Shown one piece after another: positions 49,226 through 63,528 of a stretch of 64,000 nucleotides of DNA. Below the pieces are notes generated by a model. The model was not told where the DNA came from, made no database searches, and worked only from the letters and a program-made list of their open reading frames with translations. The position numbers were made by a program, and so were the translations under genes. This DNA is from Azolla caroliniana (Eukaryota > Plantae > Polypodiophyta), in contig JBHGNT010000006.1 of assembly GCA_043228905.1 (NCBI GenBank), positions 7,378,001 to 7,442,000 of the forward strand, in the 5' to 3' direction. Each line of letters opens with the position of its first letter. The first letter of the stretch is position 1.

Positions 49226-49567
49226 TTTCCTGATCTATTACAGAATTAGGAATGATGCCTCCTCAAAAATAAAATAAGGGTATGTTGAATCAGTATGGAT
49301 TTTCTTTTTCAAATAAGGCAGATTTGGAACAATACAGATTAGATTATTGCTTCAAAGAGGACATATTTGAGATATCCTGAAGCTTGTGAAAACTAAAATA
49401 TACTTTTTTTTCTCAAGCAGTACAAATTTTTACAATGCTTAATCCTCCACGAGAAAAATTAGTTCGTTTTCAATCTATGGAGATCTAAAGCAATGATCTA
49501 TTGTCGGGGAGAAAATTAGGATTTTATATTTCTGCGTCGACAAAAAGAACATAACAGTAGAGCTCCA

Positions 49568-52500
49568 ATGGAGACCCCTGCTACACAGTCACTACTTCTT
49601 GATGATGTGGAAGGAGATGATGAATATGATGGTGATGAAGATGATGCTCATTCTGATGCAGAAGAAGATTTGGAAGATGAAGAAGAACCTCGACTCAAAT
49701 ACCAGAGAATGGCAGGCAGTATGCCTGCTTTGCTTTCAAACGATGCTGCTTCATGTATCATGGTTGCTGATAGGATGATCGCACTTGGAACTCATGATGG
49801 AACCATTCATATCATTGATTATCAGGGCAATCAGGTATGTCATTACTCCTCTTCCTACAATAATCTTCATAATTACCATCATTATCGATAACCAGAAGTC
49901 AGCATCAACCATCAACTAGCATCTTCATATCATTGTCATTATCACTGTCACAATGTTGTCATCATCATCACCATAACCATCATCATTGTCGCTGTCATCA
50001 TCATCTTTTTATGAAAACAGTTGTGTTGTGGACTTTCTCCTTAAATTGAAACATAGAAACCTAAAAAGGGCCAGATTTCACTCATTGTCAACCATCAACC
50101 ATCAACCAGTATCATATCATTATCATTATCGTTGTCACAATGTTTTTGTCATCATCATCACCACAACCATCATCATTGTCATTGTCATTATCATCTTTTT
50201 GTGAAAACGGATGTCTCATGAACTTTCTCCTTAAATTTAAACATAAAAACCTAAAGGGGGCAAGATTTTAAAGAACTTATATAAGCATGCATCCTTTTCA
50301 TGTGAATCAGTAGAGAGAGAAGAAGTGCTGGCACCACTCTTCTTCCCATTAACATCATTATAATGAAATTTGATTTCCTACAATTGATTAGGATTGTCAA
50401 TGAGCCAGACTATAAAGAAAGCATTTAAGTTATGCATCCTTCGCCTCATGAATGTAGTGAAGATAGAGGAACATTTTGTGACTATTTGCTCCATACCGGA
50501 TAGTCAATTTGTTCTACAATTCTGAGCAGGTGAAGGAGTTCCCTGCTCATGCTGCAACTGTGAATGAAGTTAGCTTTGATTCAATGAATGAGTACGTTGC
50601 TAGCTGCTCAGATGATGGTTCAGTAGTTATTAACAGCCTTTACAGTGATGAAAAAGAAAGATTTGAATATCATCGGCCTATGAAGGCTGTGGCACTTGAT
50701 CCAGATTATTCACAGAAATCATCAAAGAGGTTTGTAGCTGGTGGGCTTGCTGGAAACCTTTTCCTTCATACAAAAGGATGGCTTGGGAGAGAAAGGCAGG
50801 TGGGAAACTCCGTGTGCTTTTGCTTGTGTAAAGTTCAAGTTATAACATTTGAAAGCTGAATGATAATGCGTTGATATATAGGTAATTTTGGCCTTTAGTG
50901 GGTGTTAATACAACTTGTTTCTTTCTTTTGAGCAACTTTTACGACTTTTGGCAGATTTTGCATTCACAAGAAGGGCCTATACATGCAGCAAAATGGCGAG
51001 CTAGTCTAATAGCATGGGCAAATGATGTGGGTGTAAAGATTTATGATACAGGGAGCAATCAACGACTCACATACATAGAACGTCCACGAGGTAGCCCACG
51101 TGCTGAGCTTATGCGCCCACATTTAGTTTGGCAGGTTTGGCTAAATCAAGTTTAGCTATGTATGCTAGCTAGTGAGGGAGTGGCCTTCTTTGATATTCAC
51201 TGATACTGCAGGACGATACATTCCTCGTTATCGGTTGGGCAGATACAGTGAAAGTTGCAGCTATTCGTACACGTGATTTTGATAAGCTGACTCCCAAGAA
51301 GAATGCAACGATAATAGGTGGAAAATATGTTGAGATTGTTGCTGCTTTTCAGACACAATATTATATCTCAGGCATTGCTCCCTATGGAGATTCTTTGGTT
51401 ATCTTAGCCTATTTACCTGTAAATGAGAAAGAATCCAAGGATATTTCAAATGGTGCCACATCGAAAGAGGTGATTGATACAATTTGATTGTTGTACATAA
51501 ATTCGTATCCTGTGATTAGATATGATGAAGGTTGTTATGAAGTCTATGTCTTGTATGTGAAAAACAAAGAAATATGTTTTCAAAACATGATCTGTTATTT
51601 GTGTGATGTTTATTCCATGGACTCAAAAGTAGCAATTTGAATATGAAAAAATAAAAATAACTTGTCCAAATCTGGCAGAAAGAAGGCTCTGGATAAAATA
51701 ATCTAAACTCTAGAGTCAAGGAATAGAATCAAGGTATTACCTTAGATCAGAATATAAATGTATATCCATCTATTTGTCACGTTCTTACATAGACAGTGTC
51801 ATGGCAATATAGTATCTTGGTCTCATTGATTGTTGAAGACGTGTGAAAGCATATATGGCCTACAAACACATCTGCAACTCTCAGCCTTTCACATGGGATT
51901 ACTAGTAGAGATTCTTTGATCAAATAGGCAAGTAAGCACATTAATGGGAGGGTGCCAAATATGTATGCTGAGTGGAATTCTACCTCAAACTAAGCATTGA
52001 ACTTCTAATATTCTGTGGAGCAATATTGCATAATTAATAATGCTTGTCTTCAAGATTTTGAAATTTTCTTTGCGCAGGGTCAAGCCCAAAGGCCTGAGGT
52101 ACGCATTGTAACTTGGAAAAATGAGGAGCTTACTAGGGATGCCTTGCCGATATATGGATTCGAACATTATAAAGCCAAGGATTACGTACTTGCTCATGCT
52201 CCATTTTCAGGCAAGACAAAATATTTCAGTTTAGTGCTTGACATACTCTTCCACACAATGATTTTAATTAATTAGATCTTATCTCTCAGCTCAGGTAGCA
52301 GCTTTGCAGGAGGTCAATGGAAAGATGGTGATGAGCCATTATATTACATAGTGTCACCAAAAGATGTAGTCATTGCTAGGCCAAGGTGCGATTTGACCAT
52401 TGAAAATGAAAGAAGTTTAGAATCTGTTTGGATGTTCGATAAAAAATTAAATAATTCTGTTTTATTTCAGAGATGCAGATGATCATGTGAATTGGTTACT

Positions 52501-55500
52501 TGAACATGGTTGGCATGAAAAAGCCTTAGCAGCTGTCCAGGCAGGCAAAGCGCGAGAGAAACTTTTAGAAGAGGTAGCTTAGATTGAAGATTTCTCAATT
52601 TCTTTGATTATTGTGCTATGAAATGTTGAGTGTATGAAAAGTTGGTCACAAAATATGTTATCAAGGGGTTCTTCTGTTATGAATATAACATCTTTAATAA
52701 TTCTTGTCATAGGTAGGCTCAAGGTACTTGGACCATTTGATTTTGGAGCGACAATATGCCCAAGCTGCTGCATTATGTCCAAAATTGCTGCGTGGTTCTG
52801 CTCCTTCTTGGGAAAGGTACAATTCTTACATTTTAGGGCTTCCAAATTGTTAATGCTGGAGCATGTTTTGTTCTTTATAAAGAATTGACATGGAAGAATA
52901 ATATGCGATGATATGTTGAATAGATGGGTTTTCCATTTTGCTAACTTACGGGAACTTCCAACATTGGCACCGTATGTTCCAACAAAGAATCCACAGTTAC
53001 GTGATACAGTTTATGAGGTGAGTTGCTGAGAAAGTTTGGTATATTGTATCCGTTTGTAAAACCTGATGTCTTTATGTTTAGGTGATTTTGATGCTCTCCA
53101 TTGATTGTCCCTCATTATGACAAGTTTGTATTACTTGTCATAAAATTCTTTAGCACACCTTTGCTAGCAACAGACAGATACTAATCCCCTTTTTGCCTTG
53201 CGTATAATCAGTATATGTCTCATAGGCTGATTTCAGTCTCTAGAAGTTAGAATATGTTTCTTTCTTGTTTTCTTCATTCTTTCTCATGTCTGCCATTGTG
53301 CTATTTTTATCAAATATGAGGGAGATACTACTGCCTCTTCCAACTAGGCTTTGCCCACTATGCAAGGTAATGGAATTTGAAGACGAGTGATTTTTGGAAC
53401 TGTTTTTGTTAGAACATTAGAGACATAGAGTTGTTGAAGAACAGCAATATAATCTCAATAATTCATTGATAGAGAATCATCACAACTTTGGTTAGCTCCA
53501 TCACCCCTGATGCTACAAGTCAATCAAGAGTCACACAACTGGGCCCTCAACCAGGGCACTCAGAAGGTATTACAATATAACGGGCACTAGCAATGTCGTG
53601 CATGTTGGCCATGAACTTGGGGCCACAAACTTTTCACCCATGTCATTGAGAAATAAAGGCCATTATCACCCAACATCAAAGGTGCTTTCCTTGTTTTGGA
53701 GATCCCTCCATCTTGGAGCAGCCCATGTTGGAGATTATTTGAAGTCAGAAATTTCAGTCTAAGCTTAGAACCTAAAGTGCTTCAATAACTAGATTCTTTC
53801 CGTATATTTTTTTTGGTTTGTTGTTTCTAAAGAAAGACAACATTTTAAGATCTAATCTCTTGCTTAGTCTGATAGACCATTTTGGCCCCATAGAAAGTAA
53901 TATAGATTTCTTTCTGTATACAAAGGTGCTATATAATAATGATGTAAAAACTGCTAAAAGCCATCATAAAACATTATAAAAGGTTAAAAACGTTTTATTA
54001 AACTGCTCTAGAAAAAGTTCAAAATTATAGCTTGTTTAATAAAGGAAACAATATTTTATGACATGCCCAATGTTTGCTTGTGTTTTATAATTCCATTATA
54101 GAATGGAATAAGTCACGGCGTTATGTGCAACAACTATGTTGGGTAAGGAGCATGTGCAAATTTTTCTGCATGCAGCGTTTTGTGGTTACCTCAGCATAAA
54201 ATTTGGGTGACTCCTTCAGGTTTCTTTCATTTGGGGCACCACTTTGATATCATATCCCTTCTTTCACGTTCTCTATTTCCAAAAGTTGGGGCTCTTCTCC
54301 ATTGTTCCCTTTTCACTGCTTAGATGTGGTTTGCAAGGAATCATCTCTTATCAGGATGACATGTTTTCGAGATTCGCAGGGCCGTGATTTAGGTGATGAT
54401 ACACATATTGACTGGGCTTGTTTGGATGATGGATTGTGTCTTCTTTTTGTTGGTGGACTTTCCGTTGTGCTTGAATACCAATTTTCTTGCCCATCAGTAT
54501 GGTATTGCTAAGGGAGTAGTAACTACCTAGATATCAGAAATTTCAGATGCTGTCCACGTTGCTTGGATAGAGGCTATGCATATACTGTTTGAAATGGCAG
54601 TAATCTGATTTGGTTTATGCGTTCTTGCGCTTTTAATTTCAAGCATGTTCATGTATTTCTCGTTACACTCTTTTCTTTATCCCATGTGATCAATCTTGTG
54701 GTTAACCTTCTTTTATTTACCATGAATGCTCAGACAATACATTCAATCTAATAAATGAAGGACCTATAAGTGGTGTTGAATCCAAATCCCTAATGTAGAA
54801 AAGCATCAGATAGCACAAGTGCTGCACTATACTAATTCCTCCACTTAAATGAAACATTTAAAGCCATTAGTTCTCATGCCATTTAGGACAAGCATATGCA
54901 TCGCAAGATTCTTTGTAGTGCTTTTCTTTAGGTATTTTCTTTTATGTGAATCTCATTCTTTTCCCACATAATATCTAACTAATTGCACTTTCTCTATCAA
55001 ATGGTTACGTTTACTATCATAACTGGTGCTTATATGTTTACAATGTTGCAATTAAAAAAAATTAAACCCCATAACCAAGCCCTCTACCAAAAACATCCAT
55101 GTCCATTTATAAATCTCCAAATGGATCTATCCTATTCATAATGTAAAGAAATGTTAAGTATGATCATGAGCACTTGGTGTGTATCAATGGGGAATAGGTG
55201 AACTGCATACATGGGGTTGATCAATTTTTTGGTAACTGATCTGGTTGAGGTGCCTGAGTGCTTGTCACAAAGTCTAGTTCCTAATAGCTGAAGAGTGCAG
55301 AACTTATACTCTTGATATTTGTGCCTTTTCTAATTGTAGATTTTCTGATCATGACCTGCAGGTTGTCTTGAATGCTCTTATCACAAATCCCAGCTTTCAT
55401 AAACAGGCGTTGTCAATTATAAAGTCTTGGCCATCTTCAATCTATTCAGTGCCCGCAATTACCACAGCAATAGAGCTGCAGCTGAGCACAAGCTCAAAAT

Positions 55501-58500
55501 CACCTCCATTGCAAGAGGTTAGGTGGCGCAGTTTTTCAGTATTGAATATTTTGTTAGGACAGGAGGTTTATGTTTGAATTTACTGAGCAGGCACTGGCTG
55601 AACTATATCGTCTCAACCATCAGCATGAAAAGGCATTAACAATTTATGTGGAGGTATGAAAACATAACAAAACATCTTGTCTATAAAGGATATATCATAA
55701 CTCCTAGAAAGCTATTTCATCCTTGATTCATTTCTGTTACACTTGTTTCACAGCTGATGCATCCTGAGGTGTTTAACTTCATTGAAGATCAGAAATTATA
55801 TGACTCTTTGCATGACAAGGTAAGATCAATTCTTTTGGGAAGATAAAGAAAGAATAAGAGATCCTATCAAAAGCCAAATAGGCTGATGACACATTTATTT
55901 CCAAAAATTTATCTTCACTATTTATATGGAAATAAAGAATCTAGAATGAGAAACAATAAAAATGGTATACATACCTTCTACTGAGTGGAAAGAGTACTGT
56001 TCAGGAGAAGCTCTGACAGATGATTGACTTTGCACAAAGCAAAGCATATCCAATCCCTTAGATGATAAAATCTCTTTTTCTTAGTGAAGTTTTGATCAGA
56101 ATGCCGAAAACTTCATCTTGGCAACCTATGATTTGCTTGGTTTCTAGGAATCTGCACCATGATTCTTGCATGGTGAAGAGACTTCTCATTATGGTTTCAG
56201 TTCATAAATGTTAGTCCAAATGGAAATAGTGCTGGATTTTCATCACCTTCACAGCCTAATGAGAAATTCACTTTTTTCATGAAATTTGACATGGTACGCA
56301 AATTGTTTCCAATTGTTATGTAACAATTACTCTCTTCAAAGGATATGATCAGGTAGAAATTTGCTAAGATCTTGGCACGTGTGCAAAGCTGGTTAAACAT
56401 AAATATATCGTCAATCTGTGCAAGAGAAGTGGCCTTAGTAGGTATGAAACTCCCCACTTTATATATTGGTGCAAACTGATGGGAGTGTATACTCACATGA
56501 AAGACAGAAAGACAGAAATACAGAAATACAGAGACATCTTTAATGGACAATTCCTCTCTTTGATGCTCTTTCACAAATCCATGTTAAGACAGAATTGGTG
56601 CATTTTGGGATGTGTTTGATTCTGATGAACTTTCAAACCTTACTTATCCTTCTATTGATTGTGTTTTCTATCAGTTCAAATGTTTTTGGAATGATCTTTT
56701 TTCACACCATCACACTGGTTTCTCATACACAAACAGGCGTTATGTCCATGTCTTAAATTAGATAGAAACAGAAGGCTAAAAGCAATGTAGAGCATTAACA
56801 TACATTCCTTACAGGCATTACAGCTAATGCTTCTGGATGGAACGAAAGGTGTTTCATTGCTTGTGCAGCGGCGGGATAATATTCCACCTGGTGATGTTGT
56901 TTCACAATTGCGAAAAGCTGGCACAGACAAAAAATATCGACATCTCCTGCATCGCTATTTACATGAATTATTTGAAAAAGATCCCAGTGCTGGCAAAGAG
57001 TATCATGGATTTCAGGTATAATAGCATTGCATTCGGTTACACTGTATTATGCCATGTTCATGTTGCTAAATCATGGAATTGGTAACTTCTAATGCAGGTA
57101 GAGCTGTATGCTGAGTATGAGCCTAGGCTATTGCTTCCCTTTCTTCGTAGCAGTCATTATTATTCCCTTGATAAGGTAACTAATGAACATGGTAAATTTT
57201 GATTGGATAGTATGGTTAAATTAATCTATTTTGTTTTGATGATGGTGCTGCAGGCTTATGATGTTTGCACAAGGCGCTCATTGACTAGGGAACGTGTTTT
57301 CATTCTCGGACGGATGGGCAATGCTCGAGAAGCTCTTTCTTTGATAATTACACAATTGAAAGACATGGAAGAAGTAAGCATGTACATTTCTGAACAAGTC
57401 ACACAATGCTATAGTCTAACAATTTTTCCTTGAATGCATCAATCTGTTTAGTCCTGTAGTTTAAGACAGGATTTATACATCCACTAGATAACTCTTTGTC
57501 TTTTTCAATGATAACTTGTGGTGACTATTGAATAACAACATTGTAAAAATATTAGAAATTAAGGTTCTTTGGTGACGCAGGATTCAATTATGTTAGTGAG
57601 AAGAGAAACACAAAGTTTGCATGTGCATGTTCATGTATCTGTCTGAACTCCTTGCAACATTAATCCATACTCTAAGGAAACTCCAATACTTATTTTACCA
57701 ATCTCTCATAACAATCAAAAGCTTTCTGGTTTTGATACACCTGGTAGTAGCATAACTTAGAAGAACAATTTATTATCTATTTTAAAATTAGCAAATCTGA
57801 GTATTTTACACAAATTTTACTATCGAAGCCAATTACGTTTTTTTTTTCCAAAATGGAGACATTGTTATACCTGTATTCTTATTGATAATTCATGCATTTC
57901 ATTGCCATTTTCAAATTGATTTGGTTTGTAGAAAAATTAACTGGATAAACTACTAATTTCCATATAATCTAAGATACATGTGGATTTTATAGTTCTTTGC
58001 TTTTCAGCAGGACAATTAAGTCACATATTCTAGTTTGGATTGTCTTGAGAGAGAAAGAAAGAATAATATTAATATGTACCAGAGGATGCATTGGCTGAAG
58101 GGATAAATCTAGTACAGGATGTGATACATTTCTAGAACATAATGAAAATGATACAGCCTTAACATCCTTGGAGGTTGAATACAGTCCATGGGTCCCAAAA
58201 TAGTACGAACATGATCATGAAGAAATCTTGACAAACTTTGTTGAATGACTTATTACGGTTTAATTGTGTTTTCCTGGTTCCAGTAGATATGTTCAAGGAC
58301 TTGCATGCAACATGAATTTCTGATAAATTTTTGTTGTAGGCTGTTGCTTTTGTTGCAGCACAACATGATGATGAATTATGGGAAGAGCTTATTAGTCAAA
58401 GTTTGTCAAATCCTCAGATGGTGCTCTAATCTTGACTTTGTTAAATTCTCAATTGAAAAATATGTAATGTTCAAATGTATACCAATCAGTGCATTTACTT

Positions 58501-59427
58501 ACAGATAGGTGGACTTCTTGAACTTACTGTCGGGAATATCAATCCTCTTCATCTTGTTTCGAGGGTTCCGAATGGAATGCATATTCCACGGTATGTAAAA
58601 TCCTTTGTGCTTTATATGTAACACTGTTGTTTAAGTTGACCGTAACTTAATGTCTCGTAGATTGCGAGATCGGTTGGTGAAAATTGTTACTGACTACAGG
58701 ACAGAGACTTCACTTCGAGATGGATGCAATAATATTTTGAAGGTAACCTAAAGCAGCCTCCCTCATGTTAACAAAAATGAAGTTATCATTTTCATTCTAA
58801 GATAGCTGTCGTATATTTGTATATGTAGTTACACACTTTGGGATTTAAATTTTATGCTGTTTTGTGAGTTTTATGAGCACCATACCTAACTGACATGACG
58901 TGTGGGTCCTCTCATTTCTGGTTCTTACACATGCCAAATATGTGTTTATATAGGCTGATTGTGTAAATTTATCGCTAAGATACTTGGCTGAAGCTCGACA
59001 TGCCATATATCTCGGAAATAGGGATGAAGAACAAATAAATGGCTTACATCGCAAAACTCAAAGAAAATCATTTAATAAAGTTCCAAACCAAGGAGTGAAA
59101 GGAGGGAGAATAACTTCAACTTCTGGTGGAAGTGGAAAATGCTGCATTTGTTTTGATCCAGTTGCGTTGCAGAATGTTTCTGTTGTTGCATTTTTCTGTG
59201 CACACGCCTATCATGTTACATGCCTAGCAGAGTCATCTGATTATCCAAATATGGAAATCTCAAGGACAAAAATGGATAATAGTCTGCTAAATAGTAACAA
59301 ACAGCCTGAAAGCCTGAAATCTTCATCTTATGAAAATGGGGACATTAACTCTGAATATAGTGAGAGATCCAGCATTCGATGTATTCTTTGCACGACCGCA
59401 GCTGCTTCTGTGAGAAAGAGTTCATGA
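49568..59427 (+). CDS. VPS41: Vacuolar protein sorting-associated protein 41 (HOPS subunit), 19 exons
   Basis: Exons 49568-49834, 50530-50799, 50955-51134, 51212-51469, 52078-52210, 52295-52385, 52471-52573, 52713-52816, 52924-53017, 55362-55517, 55591-55653, 55754-55819, 56815-57015, 57098-57175, 57254-57373, 58340-58420, 58505-58590, 58661-58742 and 58954-59427. Acidic N-terminus with EEEPRLKYQR, WD40 region, AQRPEVRIV, YYIVSPKDVVIARPRDADDH, clathrin repeat, C-terminal RING-H2 (CCIC...FFCAHAYH...CILC). Confidence 0.96.
49906..50270. repeat. Tandem duplication, 2 x ~190 bp, (CAT)-rich, in VPS41 intron 1
   Basis: CAACCATCAAC...CATCATCATCACC...ACTTTCTCCTTAAATT...AACCTAAA...AGATTT occurs twice. 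Confidence 0.88.
53315..53750 (+). mobile_element. 3' fragment of an RTEX-like LINE in VPS41 intron 9
   Basis: GAGGGAGATACTACTGCCTCTTC...CAAGGTAATGGAAT...TAGAAC...AGAGACATAG...ATCACAACTTT matches the fragment at 42340-42515. Confidence 0.7.
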
Positions 59428-59429
59428 TT

Positions 59430-59990
59430 GATGAGAATGAAATCATGGTTGACTAGCAAACAAGTCACCAATGACTAGGAAGAAGTCATGGTCGACGAGA
59501 GAAAAGTCATTATTGACTATACTAATTATGTGTGGGCTTTTTCCTTTCAGAGGAAGTGTGGGTTGTAAGGGTCTTAGCTGGCTATACTTATCCCATGTGT
59601 GTTCTTTTTCCTTAAAAAGCCAATGTGGATTTGTGAGGGCTGAGATTGCCTATGCTTATCCCATGTGTTCTTTGTGTTGGAAGTTGTAAAGAGTCATGAT
59701 TGACTGTTCTAATCCCATATGGATATCCTCAAGTGTGCCTTTCCCATTGAAAGGAAATGTGGAATTGTCAAGGTCAAGATTGACCATTACACTTCATCTT
59801 TGTTGATTGTATTCTTGAGCGTGTTCCTTAACCGTGATTGACCATACTTTGAAAGATGGTGTGAAAATTTGTAAGAATCAGGTTGGGCTTCTGTAATTGT
59901 TTATCCCATGGCGTTTTTGCTTTTCCATTTAAAGGTTTGCTTGTGTGGCCTATATTACAGTCAACTTGTCTAATCAATTTTGTGATGTTT
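59430..59990 (+). repeat. Degenerate ~60-70 bp tandem repeats in the VPS41 3' UTR
   Basis: Recurring GATTGACTATACTTATCCCATGTG...TTTTCC...GAAATGTGGxxTTGTxAGGGTC starting just after the stop codon. Confidence 0.7.
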
Positions 59991-60154
59991 TCCAATCATT
60001 ATCGGAAATGGCAATTGGGCCCTCGTATATCTCAATTGGGTTTTGGGATATGTACCCAACCAATCATTGGCAAACAAACTTAAATAAAAGAGTTTGTGGT
60101 ACAAAAGATGTTATGGTGTAACATATTCTATAAAGGGAACGACTAGGGGACTAG

Positions 60155-60385
60155 TTTCATTTCCATCCAAGTCTCGAAAATGATCGGGAGGTCAAGGGTT
60201 TCAATGTGGGTGTACACGGCTTGTGGTCCCGATGTAGGTGCCCCCAAATTTAATTGCTTCTACACGAGTGACTTTGAGACCCAATATTTGAGGGCATTTG
60301 TTGTTTTTTGGTTTTCTATTTTAGTGAGGGAGAGGTTCAATGGTGCAAGCGTGTCCACGTTCGATGTCATGCTTGTTCTTTAGTT
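60155..60385 (-). mobile_element. 3' end fragment of the same LINE family as 21669-25412
   Basis: TTTCATTTCCATCCAAGTCTC...GGTCAA.GGGTT...GTGGTCCC.ATGTA...GAGGGC.TTT...GTGTCCAC aligns with 21667-21920, including the stop codon. Confidence 0.85.
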
Positions 60386-60419
60386 TACATCCAACATTCT
60401 AACCAAGTTGTGGTAATTA

Positions 60420-63400
60420 ATCTATGATTTGGTATATTCTTGACTTTTGTAATTTATCTATATACTTTCTTTAGTGCCAATATCCAAGTTATAAACTCCT
60501 AATTTAAAAACATTTTTTGAATCTTCTCAATCGCATCCCATACATTAAGAGGGATTGTGCCTCCCCACACTTCTACTCCATAACGAAAAAGTTGTGTTAC
60601 CATGACATTAAATAAGATTAGTTTCACTTCCCACCCATGAGTATCACTCTCGTTGCATTGATTTCCAACATATAATAACTTTTCCAACTAGCTTGTCGTG
60701 TAGACTCAATGCATACATTCCATTTATTTGTGGCAAGGTACACTAGAACCAATGTACTTAAAGCTTTGCCCAAATTGTACATGTTCTCCCTTATATGTAA
60801 GCATATGGTATCCATGAGGTGGGATGATTTGCACTACCATCATTTTTGTTTAATCCACCTTTACAGTTAGTCCACTACGCAAAATGCTTTTAATGCTCCA
60901 AGTAAACGTGCATACCACAACACCATATGAAAAGATAACCAACCATGTCATTCACATATAGAAGCAATAAGATGACTTGTTGCATAAGTTTTAGAGCATC
61001 TAATCCTTTTTCCCATGAAACCCTATTCACCAATTTATCAATACATGAACGAAAGAGTGTAGGTGATAATGGACATCCTTGCTTAAACCCCCAAGGTATT
61101 TCAAAAAGTATTATGAGAAACCATTTGAGTTTTTGGTTATCATCTAACTTACTTATATAATCGTGCAATAGCAACTTGATACTCTATTGGCATGGCAATT
61201 TGCAACATTCTATTCCAAAATTTACTTTGTGATACAGTATCAATTGTTTTAAAAAAATCAATAAAGCAACAATAGTCTTTTTTCTTGTAGTTGACTTTCT
61301 TTGATAATTACTCTTTATGTAACCAAATGATCCACCATGGATTGTTTTGATCGAAAACCTGCTTGCTCAAGTGCTCATTTATTTTAACTTTCGGTCCATG
61401 CACGTACCTTTTACTCCATAATAACACTATAGAATTTAGCAATAGTTGAGCTCACCATGATTATGCGATAATTTGATACTTTATTCTTATCACCTACTTT
61501 AAATTTTGGCTTAGTCTACTTCATGAGCCAATCATTCGACAAACCTTGTTTAATAGGTTGATCTATGATAGTCATGATCAAATGATAAGTATTTGGCATT
61601 ATCCACTTTAGGAGCTCACTTCTAATGAGGTTACATCAACTGCATTCCCGTTAGCCATCTTTTTTGTTTCCTTATTGACATCTTCAAGGTCAATGCACAT
61701 ATTACAAGATGTTTCAATGTTCTCAACCATAAGAGTCACTCTTTAATGCATATATAAGCTTTGTACATATTTTAACATCTCTTCATTTGTAAATTGACCT
61801 TCAATATTTTCCTTCTTACCATTGAGTTGTCTCCATACTACGATTGGTTGGAGCTTAAACAACCTTTTCTTTTTTCTTTCTTGCATTTGGAAGAATTATC
61901 TTTTCTTTCTCCGAACTACCTTTCTATTGGTGCCATGCCATAACCTATTCACTTTCCCCTTTCACAAACTTACATTCCTCATCAAACCAAGAATTATGTG
62001 GGAAACTAGATTTTTTATGTCCACCTGCACACATTCAAAAGTATTGATATCCTACCTCAAGGATGACATCTTTCAAATGTCTCCAAATTTCTTTAACATG
62101 ATTAGCTAAAGAGTGTTTAGACAAATTATTCTCATCTTCTTTTGCATATATTCTAGCATTATTATAACAAGGTCGAATGATGTATCTTCTTTCCTTTTTC
62201 ACTTTACTATATTTGTTGGAGTGCGAAGCACAAGGGTTTATGGTTTGTGTTAGGGGATAGAGGACCAATCTTAAATTCATTCACCATGGATAGATCACAT
62301 AATCTACCACACTTCCTCCACCTAAGGTTGGTAAACATGTGAGTACATTTGTCAAAGGAAAAACAGTTACACCATTTAAGACAATCAAGTTTGTGCTATC
62401 AAGCATATGTATAAGAACTTTTCCATAATCCATCACAAGGCAATCCTTTGAGTCATGCAATAGACAAGGATCCACTATATTTTCCTCCGATAACTCCATA
62501 TTTTGGTATTTGTCAACTCTAGCATTAGAGTCTCCCATAATTAACATTTTACCAAGCTTCTAAAAAATAAGTATGTCTTGACATAAATTTGTGAAAGAAT
62601 CTTCACGTTCCAACCAAATCTACTATAGTAGTTTGACTCTTTTTGATGAATGTAGTATGGGTTGTGTAGAGGTTCTCTTTGCCCAAATTAATCTCTATCC
62701 ATAGGTATCGCTTATAATAATCATCCTTACATAATTTTATATAATTATCTAAGCTCTCGTGGTAAATTTGTGCTATCCTTGCATGCCCAATATTCCATAC
62801 GGAATGAGGCCATATCGATTTTATAAGGTAGTCATCTATCTTAGGTATGCGTTTTGCATCATGCACCCAAGTTTTAGCTAAAAGTATAACATCAATACCT
62901 TGCATTATATCACATACTCCTAACCCCTTATCTCATGGATATCCTATGCAATTCCTAAACATGATTTTCAAAATTGAGGTATATGTAGTGTCATGAGTCA
63001 TCACTTGCTCTGCATTTTGAATTCCCTTCCTAGATGCAAATGTTTGCCTTCTACGTTCTTGCTCTTTTGGAGTTTGATCTTACGTTATAAAGAAATTTGT
63101 ACTCTTGAGGTACACTAGGCTACTATTATCTAAAATGGTAACTATTTTGCATTCATCTAGGGTTGTACAAACAAAATCTCGATGTTCCTTCTAACCTTTT
63201 CTTACCAACCCTATGTGTGGCATTATACGGTAACGTCTTGCATAGCAAAATGATCATCAAAGAATTTTGTAATATTCTCTACAAGAGGAAGTGCATTCTC
63301 TGATTCATCCTCTTGCATGCTTGTAATACCAACATTTTTTTTCTTTCAATTTCATATTACTCTTTTGCATGTTGTGCATTTCTAGAATTTTGCAAGATTT

Positions 63401-63500
63401 GCACGTACTACGGTTTTTGGTGATTCTCTTAGAAGCACACCTTTTCATTTTTTCATGATCGCATCTTCCTTTTCTTCAACTGTAGATTTCATTTCAATAT
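60420..63500 (-). mobile_element. Degenerate RTEX-like LINE with ORF1 and ORF2 remnants
   Basis: ORF2 pieces: DVILLAKTW, LIMGDSNARV, GGSVVDYV, GFKQGCPLSPTLF, LLLYVNDMV, KLILFNVMV...YGVEVWG. ORF1 piece at ~63110-63030, YLKSTNFFIT*DQTPKEQERR, resembles the ISEDLT motif. Many stops and frameshifts. Confidence 0.85.
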
Positions 63501-63527
63501 TTTCCTTCCTTAACATCTCTTTTCTAC

Positions 63528-63528
<1 letters not shown>

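Noticed and set aside
38401-59427. CNNM and VPS41 as a functional vacuolar gene cluster
   Set aside because: Adjacency of two housekeeping genes in a eukaryote is not evidence of a cluster without synteny or co-expression data.
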